The position numbers were made by a program, and so were the translations under genes. Shown piece after piece: positions 44,330-60,527 of a DNA stretch of 64,000 nt. The stretch lies in the NCBI RefSeq assembly GCF_009914755.1, contig NC_060928.1, one strand, 5' to 3'. The stretch's first letter is position 1. Every line of letters starts with the position of its first letter. This DNA is from the human T2T-CHM13v2.0 reference genome, Homo sapiens. The notes below the pieces were generated by a model. That model was given only the letters and a program-made list of their open reading frames with translations, searched no databases and was not told the origin of the DNA.

Positions 44330-45350
44330 ACAATGTGACTTTCTTCTCAAAAGAAGGTGTACTCTTTATTTACTCCTCTTGAATCTGGGAAGAAGTGTGT
44401 GACTATTTGAAAGTGGCCCAATTGTCCGAAAGAACTGATGTTTACAATTTCCTTTGAAAAAACACAGATACTGACCCTTCCGATCTTAAATGTAACTTGA
44501 GAAAGTTACGTTTGTCTTATCTGAGTTCCTTTCTCAGGAAATCCATTCTCCTGCCTCTCAGATAATATCAGTGAACTAAAACTGCATCCAGACAATGAGA
44601 TGCAAGACCCCTCATTTGTCATAATTGCTTCACTACCTCTCTCTAATTTCTTTTTTCTTCCTGACCACCTGCTTCCTGTTTAGCAATTTCTCTTTTTTAC
44701 CTCTCTCTAATTCCTGTTTTTCTGCATGTGGCTACATTCCTTCCTTGCTATATAAACCTTTAATTTTAGTTGGTCAGAAAGGTGGGTTTGAGACTGATCC
44801 CCTATCCTCTCAGCTGCAGCACCTGAATAAAGCCTTCTTTTCTGCCAATACTCATGGTCTCAGTGGTCGGGTTTCTCTGTGGGCAGAAGTAGGACCTAGA
44901 CTAAACCCCTGGTGTTTTGGTAATAGATTCATTTTAATAAAGGATGACAGAATGAAGCTAAGTCACTTCTGAAAGTTGTTCATAAAAAGGATAGCACTTC
45001 CATGTGACTTCTCATCCTCTTAGGTTAGGTGCTATGTAAGCCCTCAGCTTAATGTAAGATATCCAAATACCATAAAACCTCCATGCTAGACAAAACACAT
45101 GTAGAGACTATATAAACAAGAGATGTTCCAGAGCTTTAGCTATCCCAGTCTTTAACTTTCTGACTTTTCCCAGCACTAAGCACCAGACTTGTAAATGAAT
45201 ATTTGTTGAGGTGGTTTCATCTCCTGGTTATCCAGCCAAAACATATTATGCCAGATGGAGCAGAGAAAAGTCTTCCCTGCTGTTTCCTTTCCTAATGAAT
45301 GTCTTACAGAATCTGTGAGCATAATAAACAGTTGCCAAGATGGCCCACAC
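44330..45350 (+). mobile_element. Old MLT1 (F/G/H-like) LTR split by an ERV1 LTR
   Basis: cctcttgaatctggg...gtgact [LTR] ...agtcacttctga...cagaatctgtgagcataataaa. Confidence 0.55.
44408..44925 (+). mobile_element. Solo ERV1 LTR (LTR26-like)
   Basis: tgaaagtggcccaattgtcc...cttgagaaagttacgtttgtcttatctgagttcctttctcagg, TATA tatataaa at about 44749, aataaa at 44826, ending ccctggtgttttggtaata. TSD tatt/gatt. Confidence 0.75.
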
Positions 45351-46050
45351 TGGAAATTACCTTTTTCTGAATTCCTCTCTCATGTCTGCACCAAAATAAA
45401 AAAGTAAATAAGAGCTGAAAGGTAGAAATAAAGAAGAGGTCATTAGTATCAAAAATCTCAGAAACTAAACAGATTGAGAGAAAGACATAGAGGTTTCCAG
45501 TTTTGTCCAAAATCCAGATGATCTTTCAAACTACTGATCCTGGCAGCCAGCAGTGAACCCAACCCAAGAGCCAAGCTCTTCACTCAAGTTGCCTCAAAGA
45601 TAGCAACTTACATAGATCTGTCCAGCTGTTTTCATTTCATGGTTTTATTTTGAGTGACAGGCATACACAGGTTCCAAAATTTTCCCTAAAACTCAAATCT
45701 GCCCAACTACTGCAGTGACTCAGGCTTTTGCTTACATTTTTCTTCCAATAAATAAATGAGGTTGTTGACTTTGTCTTCCAATTCTCATCTTTCTGACTTT
45801 CACTTAGTCAATTCTTTCCACATTTGGTCATATAATGTTTTCAATAGTTCTACTGTTCTAATTAAATACTGGATAATACAAGTATAAATGTATCACTTAC
45901 TATATAAAATATGTATAGCAAATATAAACCTGCTGTTAACTCTCTAGCTAATATTAGAAGATACATAATTGGGTAAGAAAGCTTGAACATAATAAATCCA
46001 CAAAGCAAACAAGGCATATTTAAGCTTCAGTTATTTTCATACCTATAGAT

Positions 46051-46270
46051 TAGGGATCAGCAATTTTTATGGGGACAAATAGTAAATATTCTATAGTATT
46101 TAAAAATGGACCATATGTCTTACAACTACTCAACTCTGCTGATGCAGTGTGAAATTAGTCATGGATAATACATAAATAAATGACTTTGGCTGTGTTCTAA
46201 TAAAACTTTATTTATAAAGAACAGTTTGTAGACTAGAACAGTCTATAAACTGTATTTTGCTAAATCATGG
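46051..46270 (+). mobile_element. MER58A (hAT-Charlie MITE)
   Basis: acaactactcaactctgc...ggctgtgttctaataaaactttatttata. Confidence 0.8.
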
Positions 46271-47571
46271 TCTATAGAATTACAATATCTTCCATGTTAG
46301 GCCCTACACTATTTCAACATATAAAATTGCTATGTATAAAATACATATTTTATTATACTTTTCTATCTTAATTATTCATCACTTCTTAATTTCTATCACA
46401 TATATATTTTCCTTTTGACACTAAGTAACTTAGATACCATGCTTCAGCTTTTCACATACTCAACACATTTTAAATTAATATCTAATTCCACATATCTACT
46501 GCCAAATTATTTTGGCTTATGCTCTCACATTCTCTTGTCCCTCAGCTAATCATATTATATATCCTCTTGTATTCATGATGGGAATGTGGTAAATGTGTGG
46601 GATCTCTTTATGGTAAAGTGAGAAGGGAAATAGTGGCACATGAAATACAAACTGATGGAGTCCCATGGTACTGAAATTTAGTTTGTCAAACAAACTTAAG
46701 GATTTATTCCCTTTGCTTCTGCTAATAATATAATACTTAAGGGCTGAAAAACAAGAAGAATAAATGAAACTAGTGTTCAAAGAGCCTGAAGAATTTGTTA
46801 AAATTCATATTTTTTGGACTTCACCTTTTTCAGGAGATGAAATCTCAGATTTATCTGGTGACTCTTAAAAGAAAATAAATTACTGTGACATTCCTGAAAC
46901 ATTTGTAATTGTATTTATAGACAGATTTAAAGCCTTCTTTTCATAAAGCTTTGCATTCTGTAGCTGTTGTTGCCTGTTAAAGTCAGAGTAAACACTACTG
47001 ACAGCCAGCTGTTCCTTTCTTATAACATGTCCAAACTGCTTAAAGTGGATCATTTGTTGGCTTAAATCCACACACATTATGTATGCCACTCAAAACATAA
47101 AAATCTTTATCAGCAAATATTACTAATGTGAGTTTTAAATAATATATTTCTCTGAAGTGAGAATTACTCTTGCAGTTATAAAACCCATTTTTTATACGAG
47201 TTAAAATATTATTAAATATTTATATCACTATGATTTGACTTTGAACAGTGACTGATTAGAGGAATTTTTTCCTTCTTATGACATGGCATTATTAAAAATT
47301 TTAAAGCACTATCGGCTACAGAGGTTGGTTGTCTAAGTACATTGAGAACAAATTTTAGACATTTAAGTTAATGTCAGCCTCCTTCCTAAGTAAATAGTAA
47401 TATTTTCCACTTAGAAATTTATTCAGAAAGTTACTTTGAATTTAAGTTTCAATGAGATACATGGACATGTTTTATCATCCTCAAGTCCCTTAAAATGACA
47501 TGCCTAATTGGGCATGTAACTGTTTTTCTGGTAGTAAAAATGTATGCGAATATCCATAGATTAAAAAATGG

Positions 47572-47841
<270 letters not shown>

Positions 47842-50689
47842 AAAAAATGGACCCATGAGTCAAAATAAATATTGATAGAAGAAGAATTGCTATGATATTA
47901 GTATGAAAAATATAAATTTCATTTTTTTTTACTTCATGTAACAGTAACAAGGGAACAACAACATGAAGAGTTTTAATTTTATTTTGGTAACTTGAACTTT
48001 AAAAATTGTTGTTTTTGAATTGTAAGTCTTTAAATGTTAGACAAACAATGTTCATATCACATGAAGAAAGACATTGAATAGAATTTATGAGAAATAACAG
48101 CAGAATCATGTTTTGACATCAATTAATAAATTATATTTTGTGATGAATAAAAGTAATGTAAACCAGAATTTTCTATTATGTTTCTAATAATGACCTGTGA
48201 TCCTATGGTCCAAGACAGCTGCAAAATTTTTTTTTCAGTGTTGTGATGTCATCAAATTTTCCAAAAGTATGTGCCAAATAGCAACTATCTTTCACTATGC
48301 CATTTGTGAAAACCCCAATTAAATTTCTGCTGGTTGCTTAATTTTGTTGTTTAGATGATTTTTCCCTTAAACTGTTATTAAAGCACAAATCCAAGCCTTT
48401 GCAGTATGTTCAACTAACAAATTGGTCTGGGCTAGACAGTGGAAAACTAATAGGGCCTATTTCTAATTATCTTTACATAACATTCATGTTAAAATAGAAT
48501 GCAGTTTCAGAAGAGTGAATAAAAGACGTTTAACCTTTCTGTATCTTTAGTTTTATTATTCGAAAATCTCTTCTAGCTTGAAAATTTTATGATTTCAGTT
48601 TCAAGGAAAGTCTAGCAAATGAACCATAAAAGCAATACTGCATTGATCAGGATAACGGATTGAATAGGATATAATGAACATTAGTGATACTTTTATACTC
48701 TTGCAGAGAAACCAAGCTATTAAAAACCTAAGGTCAATTTCAGGCATTAGCTACTCATAGATATTTTCACTCCTGCCAGCAGGTAGATTTCTTTAGGCAG
48801 AACCTGGACCTGTGTACTTGAATCAATAATGTTATACAATGAATACACTTAGGTACAGTATCTCATGCTAATGAGGCAGACAGCCAATCTTTTCCTCTAG
48901 GCTTATTAAATTGACCTGACAACAATACTTGTTAAATATTATAATTGGGTGTATGATCCACTCTTTACTGTCACAGGGCAGGACAAAAATAAAGTTTAGT
49001 AGAGATACATTAGAGTGGTGAATCTTCTCAAGTGAAATAAATATGTGAGTATTTCCATAACAAGACAGTCTTTTGAAAAAGAACTACAGTGAAACACTTG
49101 GCTGCATATTCAATATTGAAATGTGAAGGGTGTTTTACATATGAAAGTTCATTTTTCTTTTGTTTATATGCTTCATATCAGAAGAATTGATCCCCTCATT
49201 TTTCAGTGAAATGGCACAATTAATTCACATTTAGAACCATAATATACAGCTTACAATTATTAACATATTAAAAGCAGGTTGAAGGATGATGATAAGATAT
49301 TACATCTAACAAAATAATCTGAAAATAAATGAGCAATTAAAATTAAGAAATACAAGCATATAAAACATCCAGAAAAAAATAAATAATGAGATAGAAATAA
49401 CAACGATGACATCCCATCTTTGTCATTATTTATGGTTAATTAGAATGTGCTTTTAGACCTCATTTGTCAAAATAGCTTTAGAATATTTTTGTCTTAATAT
49501 TATTCTTTAAGACCTTTGAGCATTATATTTTAACTTTGTGAGGAAGAAGATATGAGTATTGAACATATAAATGACCATATAAACTGAACATATACACTGA
49601 TTAATGTTTTAAAATCTTACATCTGTTTATATTTTAATAACACATCCAGAATATAAATGCGTAAATTATAGTAACATTTTTATTAGAGAAACTATAGTTA
49701 TAAATAGGCCTTTGAAAAGATAAATGAATGAAAGGGATATTTCAGTGCTTTTGCTTTTCACTCTAGCATGCATTTCTAGATTTTATGACCTTTTAAGGAA
49801 ACTGAAAATATTTTAATTATTTTTATAATATCTTTATAGGTGTCTGTTTTGAGACTTTCAGTGAAGAAAACTGAGAAAAATTGCCCATACAATTGCATAT
49901 TTTAATTCAGATTGCTAAGAGTTGCCTGAGGTTTTGCTGGAAAAAAAAGGAACTTCCTGTTTAAAAACTAATTATTTAGTTCAAAAGCCTCACTTTATAT
50001 GAGAAAACAGAGGTTCAATAATTGTCTTGTTGTAGAACAAAGTTATTTAACTAAAATGAAAATTCTTCCTTCAAGTTCAGTGTTTTTCCCTAATTTCCAG
50101 GTTACATGTAATTAAAAATTTGATGCTTAGGAAGCAGGAAGTGTTATAATGTAAAGTACAATGCCCTATAAATTTTGTTTAAATTACCTTGATGATTTTC
50201 ACGAGACTAAATTAGCTTGAAATACAAATATATTTGACATAAAATATGTCCTCATTGTTTTCTTATATGGAGAGGAAATTATTTAATTAAACCAGGTGGG
50301 ATTAGTTGCATGACTTACCAGGTTCTCTTGGCAGAAAAACAGAAGAATACGGAAGTTGAAGTTTGGGGGTTGTAGTGACATTTATTATGTGGTGCATTAT
50401 GGTGTAGGTTCCAGACATTCTATTTGGTTAATCCAACACTCAATGTTTCAACAAGCAAATTGCAACTTTCTAGCACTATGGGCTCAATAAATACTTTTAT
50501 TAACACATTGGGGCTACACATCCAGGCAAAATTTCAAAACCAAAAGAAAATGAAAATGAAGCATAAATAAAGGTAATGTTGATCAAATGATTTAGAAACA
50601 AACTGTGGGGTTCAAGAGGAAAGATTGAAGCCGACTGGGCTAAAGCCCTAAAAATTTATCAATTGGCAAGCTTAAGTGAGAATAATTAA

Positions 50690-50880
50690 AAAGTAATTAG
50701 TATTATTAAGTACCTATTATATGGCAAGTGCTTTAGGCATATAAATCTGATTTTATTTAATCTAATAATATTACCATAAATTTGATGTTAATTCTCATTT
50801 TTATAAATCAAACATTTGAAATTCTGACTTAGAGATTATATGAGCTGATTAAAATCAGAGTACTTAAACTCTCACTCAGG
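50690..50880 (-). mobile_element. MIR fragment
   Basis: tattaagtacctattatatggcaagtgcttta...ctcatttttataaat. Confidence 0.5.
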
Positions 50881-50884
50881 GATC

Positions 50885-52400
<1,516 letters not shown>

Positions 52401-53947
52401 TAATAAATTAATTTTAAATGCTACTGGGTTTTAAATTATATTTCTTTGAAAATTTATAAAATTAAATGTTTACATCTGTCTCTTATTAATATTATTTTGA
52501 ATTTTAAATGTCTACCTGAGAAACTTTCTGATTCAGCGGATTAAAGGGAGAATTTATCAATCCAGGACCTTAGAGTTTTTAATGCACACATAAGTTGCCA
52601 ATAAAACAATGTGTGAATTTTACCTTTACATTTTCAGCACCATTTTGGGGGGAAAATATCAGGTTATAATTCCATGAAATACAACAATCAAATGACTTAA
52701 AAAATACATAATGCTGATAAACTTTCTGAAATGAAATCTTAGTTTAATCACTGATAGACTAGAACTATATGTAAATGTATTTCTATTTAAATTACTACAT
52801 CACTGTTTTCTGAATGTAAATGTTGTTTTGGCAAATATATTGGTGTGTAATTTTGATTCAATATGGCCTAATATTTTTAGTTCAATGCCACGTACATGTA
52901 TTAGTGCTTTGGCACCTTTCAGCAAACTACCTAGTATATTACCAACTCACTAATTTAATTAATTAATCAAATAGCACCACATATGACCATTCTCCTTAGT
53001 CAACTTTTCTGATTCTGTAATTGTTTCTGTGTTATAAGTAGTTTACAGATTGTATATGTCAATGATATATTTGAGTGCTCTGAGAAATAGAATTATATTT
53101 CCATTTGCAAAGTATTTCTGAAAAATGATGTTCTCAGCATGTCATCATGTTTTATAATGCATTATTCACAAAAGATAGCATAGAAGCAGTGTGATCATCC
53201 ATTATATTCACTATAACAATGTAAAAATTTAAGATATTTTCTCACATGATATATTTTTATAGTCCACAGGACATAAAACTGCTTGCTTTGATCAGCATTC
53301 TCGAATAGCCTATTGTACTTGTCCAGATTTAGTGGCCTTAAATAGACTGAGTTCAAGTAGATGAAAATGATCACTTTTCTAAATACCTACTGAATAACAG
53401 TTCAGTTGTCAGTTGTTTAAAATTGAAATTTTCCTCATGTAGCTCTTGCCAGAAAAAAAAAATTGTCTGAATTTTACTATTTATTATAGAGTAAAAACTG
53501 ATTTTGCCTTAGTAACTTTTATTTCAACATTCCAAGTTAAAAATAAAAGTAGAAGAAGGAAAGAGCCCTAAAACTAAACTCTTATAGTTATGTCATCTAT
53601 AGATTAAACCCTTGTAGTGTTCTGGAATATTTGCTCATTATTGCAGACACAAAGATCATTAAGACTTAATTCATGCCTTCAACAAATGCACAGTGTACAC
53701 TATCTACTAAGGCAGACAGATAAGAAGCACATATAATGTTATATATGGTGTATGAACTGCTCTAAAAGTACATTTGAATATAATAAAGTGAGTATATTTG
53801 AGAACCCAGAAAAAACAACCACCACCACTTGCCGAAAAGATGAGGCATATAAAGAATCACATTGGGAAAGTTTTATAGAAAACTTGACATTAGTTCACCT
53901 TTAAAGATGATTTTGGAGCTTTGTGGTTTTGCTCCTTTGGGGATAAA

Positions 53948-53948
<1 letters not shown>

Positions 53949-53986
<38 letters not shown>
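53949..53986. repeat. (AC)19 perfect microsatellite
   Basis: Uninterrupted AC run. Confidence 0.97.
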
Positions 53987-53989
<3 letters not shown>

Positions 53990-55526
53990 TTTAATTTCTA
54001 TGATGGCTGGTGAAAGTTAGATTAGACAAATGTCTTCAGTGAACATTTTGAATATTAAAATTTGTCCTCATATATTGCTGCTCAGTTGGCTTAGAGATTG
54101 GTATTTCCAGAAGGCAGATTATCTTTTTCACTTATACTTGAATTTATCTTAAATCCATGTTAATTCAGTTGGACATTCTTAATAAATAGTGACAAGTAAT
54201 TATAATCAGAGTCATAGCATTTAAAAGTATACATGTACTGATTCAACTGTAATAGGACACATTTATTTAAATCAAAGGGGTAGGTTATCAACTCACAGGA
54301 GAAAACTGTTATTTACAATAAAATATGTAAAATCGTAAAATAGCCAAAAGAACAAATTGTTTTTATTAATTTTGTTTTGCTATTGCTTTTCGTAACATTT
54401 TTTTTTGGATAGTGATGCCATTACATTAATAGAGATTATATATATATTAAAATGCTGAAAGTGCACCAAAAAATTAGTTAATAGAATATTTTCTGGACAA
54501 GTGGAGGATAAACTGGGGTGAAATTTGGAAATGTTTCAGTTGATGCAAGTGCCTAGAGTATGAAGAAATGAGAAATTAGGCTCTAATTAAGAGCTGCTGT
54601 TGTCATGGAACAACTTTATACACTAACAACAAGTTCTCAATTTCCACCTCAGATTTAAAGCTCAGTTTGGCAGGATAATCTGTAACAATATTGAAAGTGG
54701 CCTGAGGCATATAAATAACTTTTTAATTGTGGCATCAAAAGCCAAGATATAATTGCATAGTGGTACCAACTTAGAATGTCATTTTCACTGAACACTCACG
54801 GTATGCCTATTGATGGTATTTGTGAACTATGTAGTTTGGGGAATTATTTCAAATGAAGAATTCATGGATACTAATATATTTCCCCCATGAAATTGTAAAC
54901 ACAATTTTGATATGGTTTTGGATAACTATTAAATACACATAAATATTTTAAAACCTAAAATGATTGATTTTGTTTTGTTTTCTTATGTACATTGTAAATA
55001 ATTTGAGGATAGTTGGAACCAGTTCGCTACTTTGTAACTTACAAAGTGTTACATACCAAAGTAAACAGGTTAGTAATTATAATATGGATGGAGAAACACT
55101 TTAAATATGGGAGACATATGTCCAGATTTGATGTGTCTCTTTATCTATCTTGCTTCAATAATGCCTATATCAATCATGAGTTGTTTTAATAATGCTACAA
55201 AATGTGAAAGTTATTAAACTAAAGGTAATAGAGTAGAGCAATTTATAACATACCTTTAAAAATAAGTTTTGAGATATATTTTTATAAGTAAAGCTTATTT
55301 CGGTCTACTAATTATTGACAATGTGATTTTGGACAAAGGTAACTATTGTACATATCAGGGATTTTCGATACTGACACTATTCGTATCTTTTATTTGATGA
55401 AATCACTCCTGTTGGAGAACTGCTGTTGTATACACTCTCTAAACCTCAATATCTTCAACAATTATATGGGAATCTTAAACAGAACTAGGTGGTTGGGAAT
55501 ATAAAATGAAAATACATTGTTCCTGA

Positions 55527-55863
<337 letters not shown>

Positions 55864-58800
55864 CTGCACATTGCTCATGTTATTTTTATTTTTACAATGT
55901 ATATTAATATATAGATATGGTTTGCTTATTTGTAAAACACATATATTTAAATTATTGAGATACATATTTCACAAAGGATTACTTTATCAATTATTTATTA
56001 TTGACATGTTTTTATCTACCAGTTTAAAAAATGTATCAATAGAATTGTGATTATGTTAGATTTTTCTGGGAAATGAAGAAAGAAGAAGACATGATTAACT
56101 CAAGTCAGTAGATACAACTGTATGTTTTAAAATAATGGATAAAGCAAAGCCCTAAGAAGAAACAGTATTTATTGTGAAATTTGAAGTCTTTGGATAGTAC
56201 TATTAAAGAAAGAGATGGCAATTAGATTAATTCAAATAAGTAGTAAATGTGAGGTACCAGCCTTGTAAGTCTCAGCCTTATTTTACCCAGCCCCTTAAAG
56301 ATGGAGTTGCACTGGTTCAAATGCCTCTGACATTTCCCCCCTCTCTTTTTTAAGAGAAATCTTAATCCTAGGGGTTACAGAGGGATGAATATCCATCTTC
56401 TGTAACTTCTTCAGGCTGAATAGGGGCAATGATATTCCTGCCTAACTAGTAGGGTCTATTGTATTCTGGGTAGAGAAGAAAGCATCAATATGTCCAGGAC
56501 CATTCATAGCTCTGAGTTCTGACAAAAGGTAACATCTAGAAGATTAATAAGTATTTAAATTCAGAAAACTTTATTCCTACACAAAAAGTACAACAGCAAT
56601 ATATTCCACAACAGTAAAGTAAAATTATTCCAAGTAAACTAAATAAGAAGTGCTTTCATGCACTGGGCAACTGTTGGAACCAAGATGTTATAGGGTTGCT
56701 AACTGATTCTAATACATGCCAAGAATTAGAATATTAATCCAGATTTTTACATTACTCGTCCATCTTGTTTCTTCTAAGCTGCGGCTAGAGATCACTACTT
56801 GTTTACAGGAACAAGCAGTTAATCTAAATTGCAGGAAAAGATTTTAAAACAATGAGAATAGAATGTAATAACAAGTTAACCATAGTTCTTGAAACATAAT
56901 TATTCTCCATCCAGTTTCCCATTTTTATAAAAGACAAATCACGGTAAGACAAATTTACTTTATTATACTTGGCCTGATGATTTGTATACAATACAGCAAG
57001 AATAATTATTTTTCACATAGGCCTTTAAAATTGGCTTCAGTGGAACTCTGTTCCATAGAAGAAATTTCAAACAAGATTTTTTTTTTTTTTTAAGCTGAGA
57101 CCATCCATGGATTTGGGCCCTCAAATACCTATGAGTTGGGTAAATTCCTCTCCTATTGAGGTTGCAGGATAACTTGGGGCTCCTGGGCCTGTTAGAAAGT
57201 GACGTTCTTTACTTACCACACTTCAGAAATGCTGCACGGTAACTCCATAGACAAGGTATGAGACCAGTTTTCCCAAGGGGCTTTTATTGGCTCTATAAAT
57301 CAAGTTTGATTTCTTAAAGACAGTACGCCATTCCAGTCAAACCCTTGGTAAAATAATCAGTTTCTCCAATTGTGTCTTGTTGCAAAAGAAAACAGTTTCC
57401 TGCACTTATGCAAATAACTATATTGACATAAGTTAATAATATGCACAACTAGTTCCAAATTCTGGAAAAATCAGGCAGAGAGAAGCAAATATCCTCCAAA
57501 TTTTGTTCACAGAAACATACTTTACTCAATTGCTATAAACTGTAAATAGCTCAAAGTAAAAGTTTTCTTGACTTTGACAAACAAAGCAAAGATCAGAAAT
57601 GTATTAAGCAAAGTCACAAAGATTACTTTAGTCTTCTATTGGTTTGGTTCATGCAGTGAACTCCTGTTCTGCTTGATAGTCATGAACATTTCAGCTTTTC
57701 ATGAGTCCTGAAATTCTTTTTCTCTATTTTATTGTCACAATTTCCAAAATTATAAGAAACCTGCATTTAAGAATACCTGGTAAAATCCTACAGCTGATTA
57801 TAACCCACTTTTTGAAGAGGATTAAAACAATTGTCTGTGAATGAGAAAATGTTTTAGGGCATCTACAGTGAAAAACACAATTGACAAAGAATTTTGGTTA
57901 CCTCTGTGGCAGACAATGATTTCACATGACAATTATAACTATTAATAACATATATAAGTTATGTTAGAATTATAGGAGTTTTCCATAATTTTGAACACAT
58001 ACCAAAAACATATTTATACAAATACAACCCAAAGAAAGCCAAATACCACTTCATATTTGACAATACTTCCTGCATAATTTTTATACCAAATAAGCCAAAT
58101 TTTATCTTTGCATTAGTGTAGTATTAATGATAAAGCCAATTATTAATAAAAACTTACAGACAAATCTATCCAATTTTAACATCTGGGACCATAAGGTAGT
58201 ATTTTTCATTAACCTTTTATAACTCTTTACAAATTTTTGTTAAAAAGCAGATCAGTGCTGTAAGAAAAATCTGTTCAATTTATGGAAAAACTGAATACTA
58301 CCATTTAGCCACTATATTCATACACAAAATTTATTTTGCAAGATTAATCCTTTACACATTGTCCCACAACTTGTTCAAACCTTCAGCTTTATCTTATTTA
58401 ACTTAAAACAATCCTTTAACCCTTTAATCTAGGCCAAAAAATCATATTCCCATGCCTTCTTATAATTTTTTACCAAAAGCATATTCTATTTTAATTGCAC
58501 ACCTTACATGTAGAACTGTATTTATTTCCAAAGTTTACTAAAGTCACATGAACTAGAAGGCACTATACTTTTTACTTTTCTAACAATATTTGATTTAAGC
58601 ACCTACTACTTTTAAACCGATTAAAGCTCTTTTATATGTAAAAAATTGCACACATAACACCTATAATACAAAGAAAGACAGAAGATCCTGAAGTTGTAAG
58701 ATTTTTCATTTGCCAGCTTTTTTCTTTTTAAAGCATGCAGTTTTTATGGTCAAATAAGCAGGCACAGCTGGAAGGCAAAACAGATCCCCAAAATTAAGAG

Positions 58801-60527
58801 TACTGTTTTTATACCAGATCTTAGATCCCAAAAACAGGGAATCAGCCCATCCCATGGAAGTCTTATCTCTCAGTGCAGGGTGGGAACATCTCCATACTGT
58901 CTAGGTGGCCAAGAGCATGCTTCTCTGATCCAAACATGAAGAGCTGAGTATTTCCCTGGAACTGCCATTAGTTGTTCCCAAAAGTATATTTCCTACGTAT
59001 TTATTACACATCAAAGTTCTCTCATAATGTGAAGTAATTTCTGATACCCCCCAAAGTTAAAAACTTCAGATTATGCAATGCAAAACAGAACAGAGCCTTA
59101 GATTTTGAGAGGGACCTATCCACTTTTAATTCCTGGGGATTTATAAAGAAAACAGGTTTTTTTTTTTCCCAAAACAGCGTCTGTGGTTCCACCTCTGTTT
59201 TTCTCAAGGAGTCCCAAGCTGTTAAAACTTGAATATTTGCTTCTAATTAAGCTGACTGTTAACCATAACATTCTAAAAAAAAAAAAAGTCAATATTCCTG
59301 GCTTTTGAACTTTACCAAATGTAATCTCCCAGGTGCTCAGAGAAAAGAAAATTCAAGATGGTTCTTGGAGGGGAAGAGAATCAACAAATGATAAAGTTCA
59401 CACAGATATAAACCCAGAAGGGACTCATTCCCTAAGCTAGGAATTGAACCCAGGCCATCATTACAAAATGACAAAGACTTAGCTGCCAAGCTACAGCATT
59501 GGTAGTTCCCATTGCTCTTCCTAGGAGGAGCCTAAAGCAGCCAGTTTTGAGCTTGCAAAGGCTTTTAACTGATCAAGATAATTTTTTGAGCTAAATATGA
59601 CACAAATCCCAAACTTCCTGTTCCCTAGGCAATGGAGACCAAGAGAAAGTACCACCAAGGGGTTACAAGGTCAAGCTCCCAAGGACGTAACTGACCAGTT
59701 TGTTGGGCTGTCTTGAACAGCAGGTTTACAGGTGTCCTGTGCCCACATTCTAACCTAAAGTACCTCTCTTTCTGATAGAAAGATACAGAAAGACAAATTC
59801 ATAGTACAGAGTACAACAGATTCACTACAGCTTAAGAGTAGCCTCACAATTTTTTTTTCCAATAAATCAAAACTTTACAGAGGAGATAAACTGTGATTCT
59901 TACCATTCATTTAACCAGTTTGCATAGAGAGAGAAAGAAAGAGAAGGGAGAAAAGCATTGCCTGGGGTGGGGTGAAAAAGGTGAAATGCTCAGGGAGGCC
60001 AGAGAAAGATTCACTATTACAGTGACAATGAATTAAAAGTTCAGGCACCTGCTTCTTGGTCGCTAAGGGACGTTTTCCAGCAGTCCCATCAGCTCTCAAG
60101 TTTTCCCCTTTTAGGGAGAAAAAGGTCCCAGGGTTTCATAATCCTGCTTATGCCTAATGCTGTCACCCACAGCCAACAGCAAAGAATGCAAGGCAGATTA
60201 ATTCAAAGAGAATAGTGGTTAACATCCCATAGCACCAGATCAATTCTTAGCAGAGAATGACTTTACTGAGAGAGAGGCCTCTAGCCCCCTAACTCATAGG
60301 AAGAACTCTAAACTTCCCAAGTTTTGGGCCTTGAACCCGGGTTTGCTCAAGAGTTCTTGCCTTTTACTGAGAGGAGCCTTTAACCCTCTCTGTTTCAGGA
60401 GAGACTCTAACTCCCCTAAGTTGGGCCTCTAACCAAATCCCATTCTTTATCTGGGTAAAAAAGCACCCCACTTACACAAAGTTGGCCAATTGGTATGCAT
60501 AAATGATTCCCTTTTGGCTTTGGGGTC

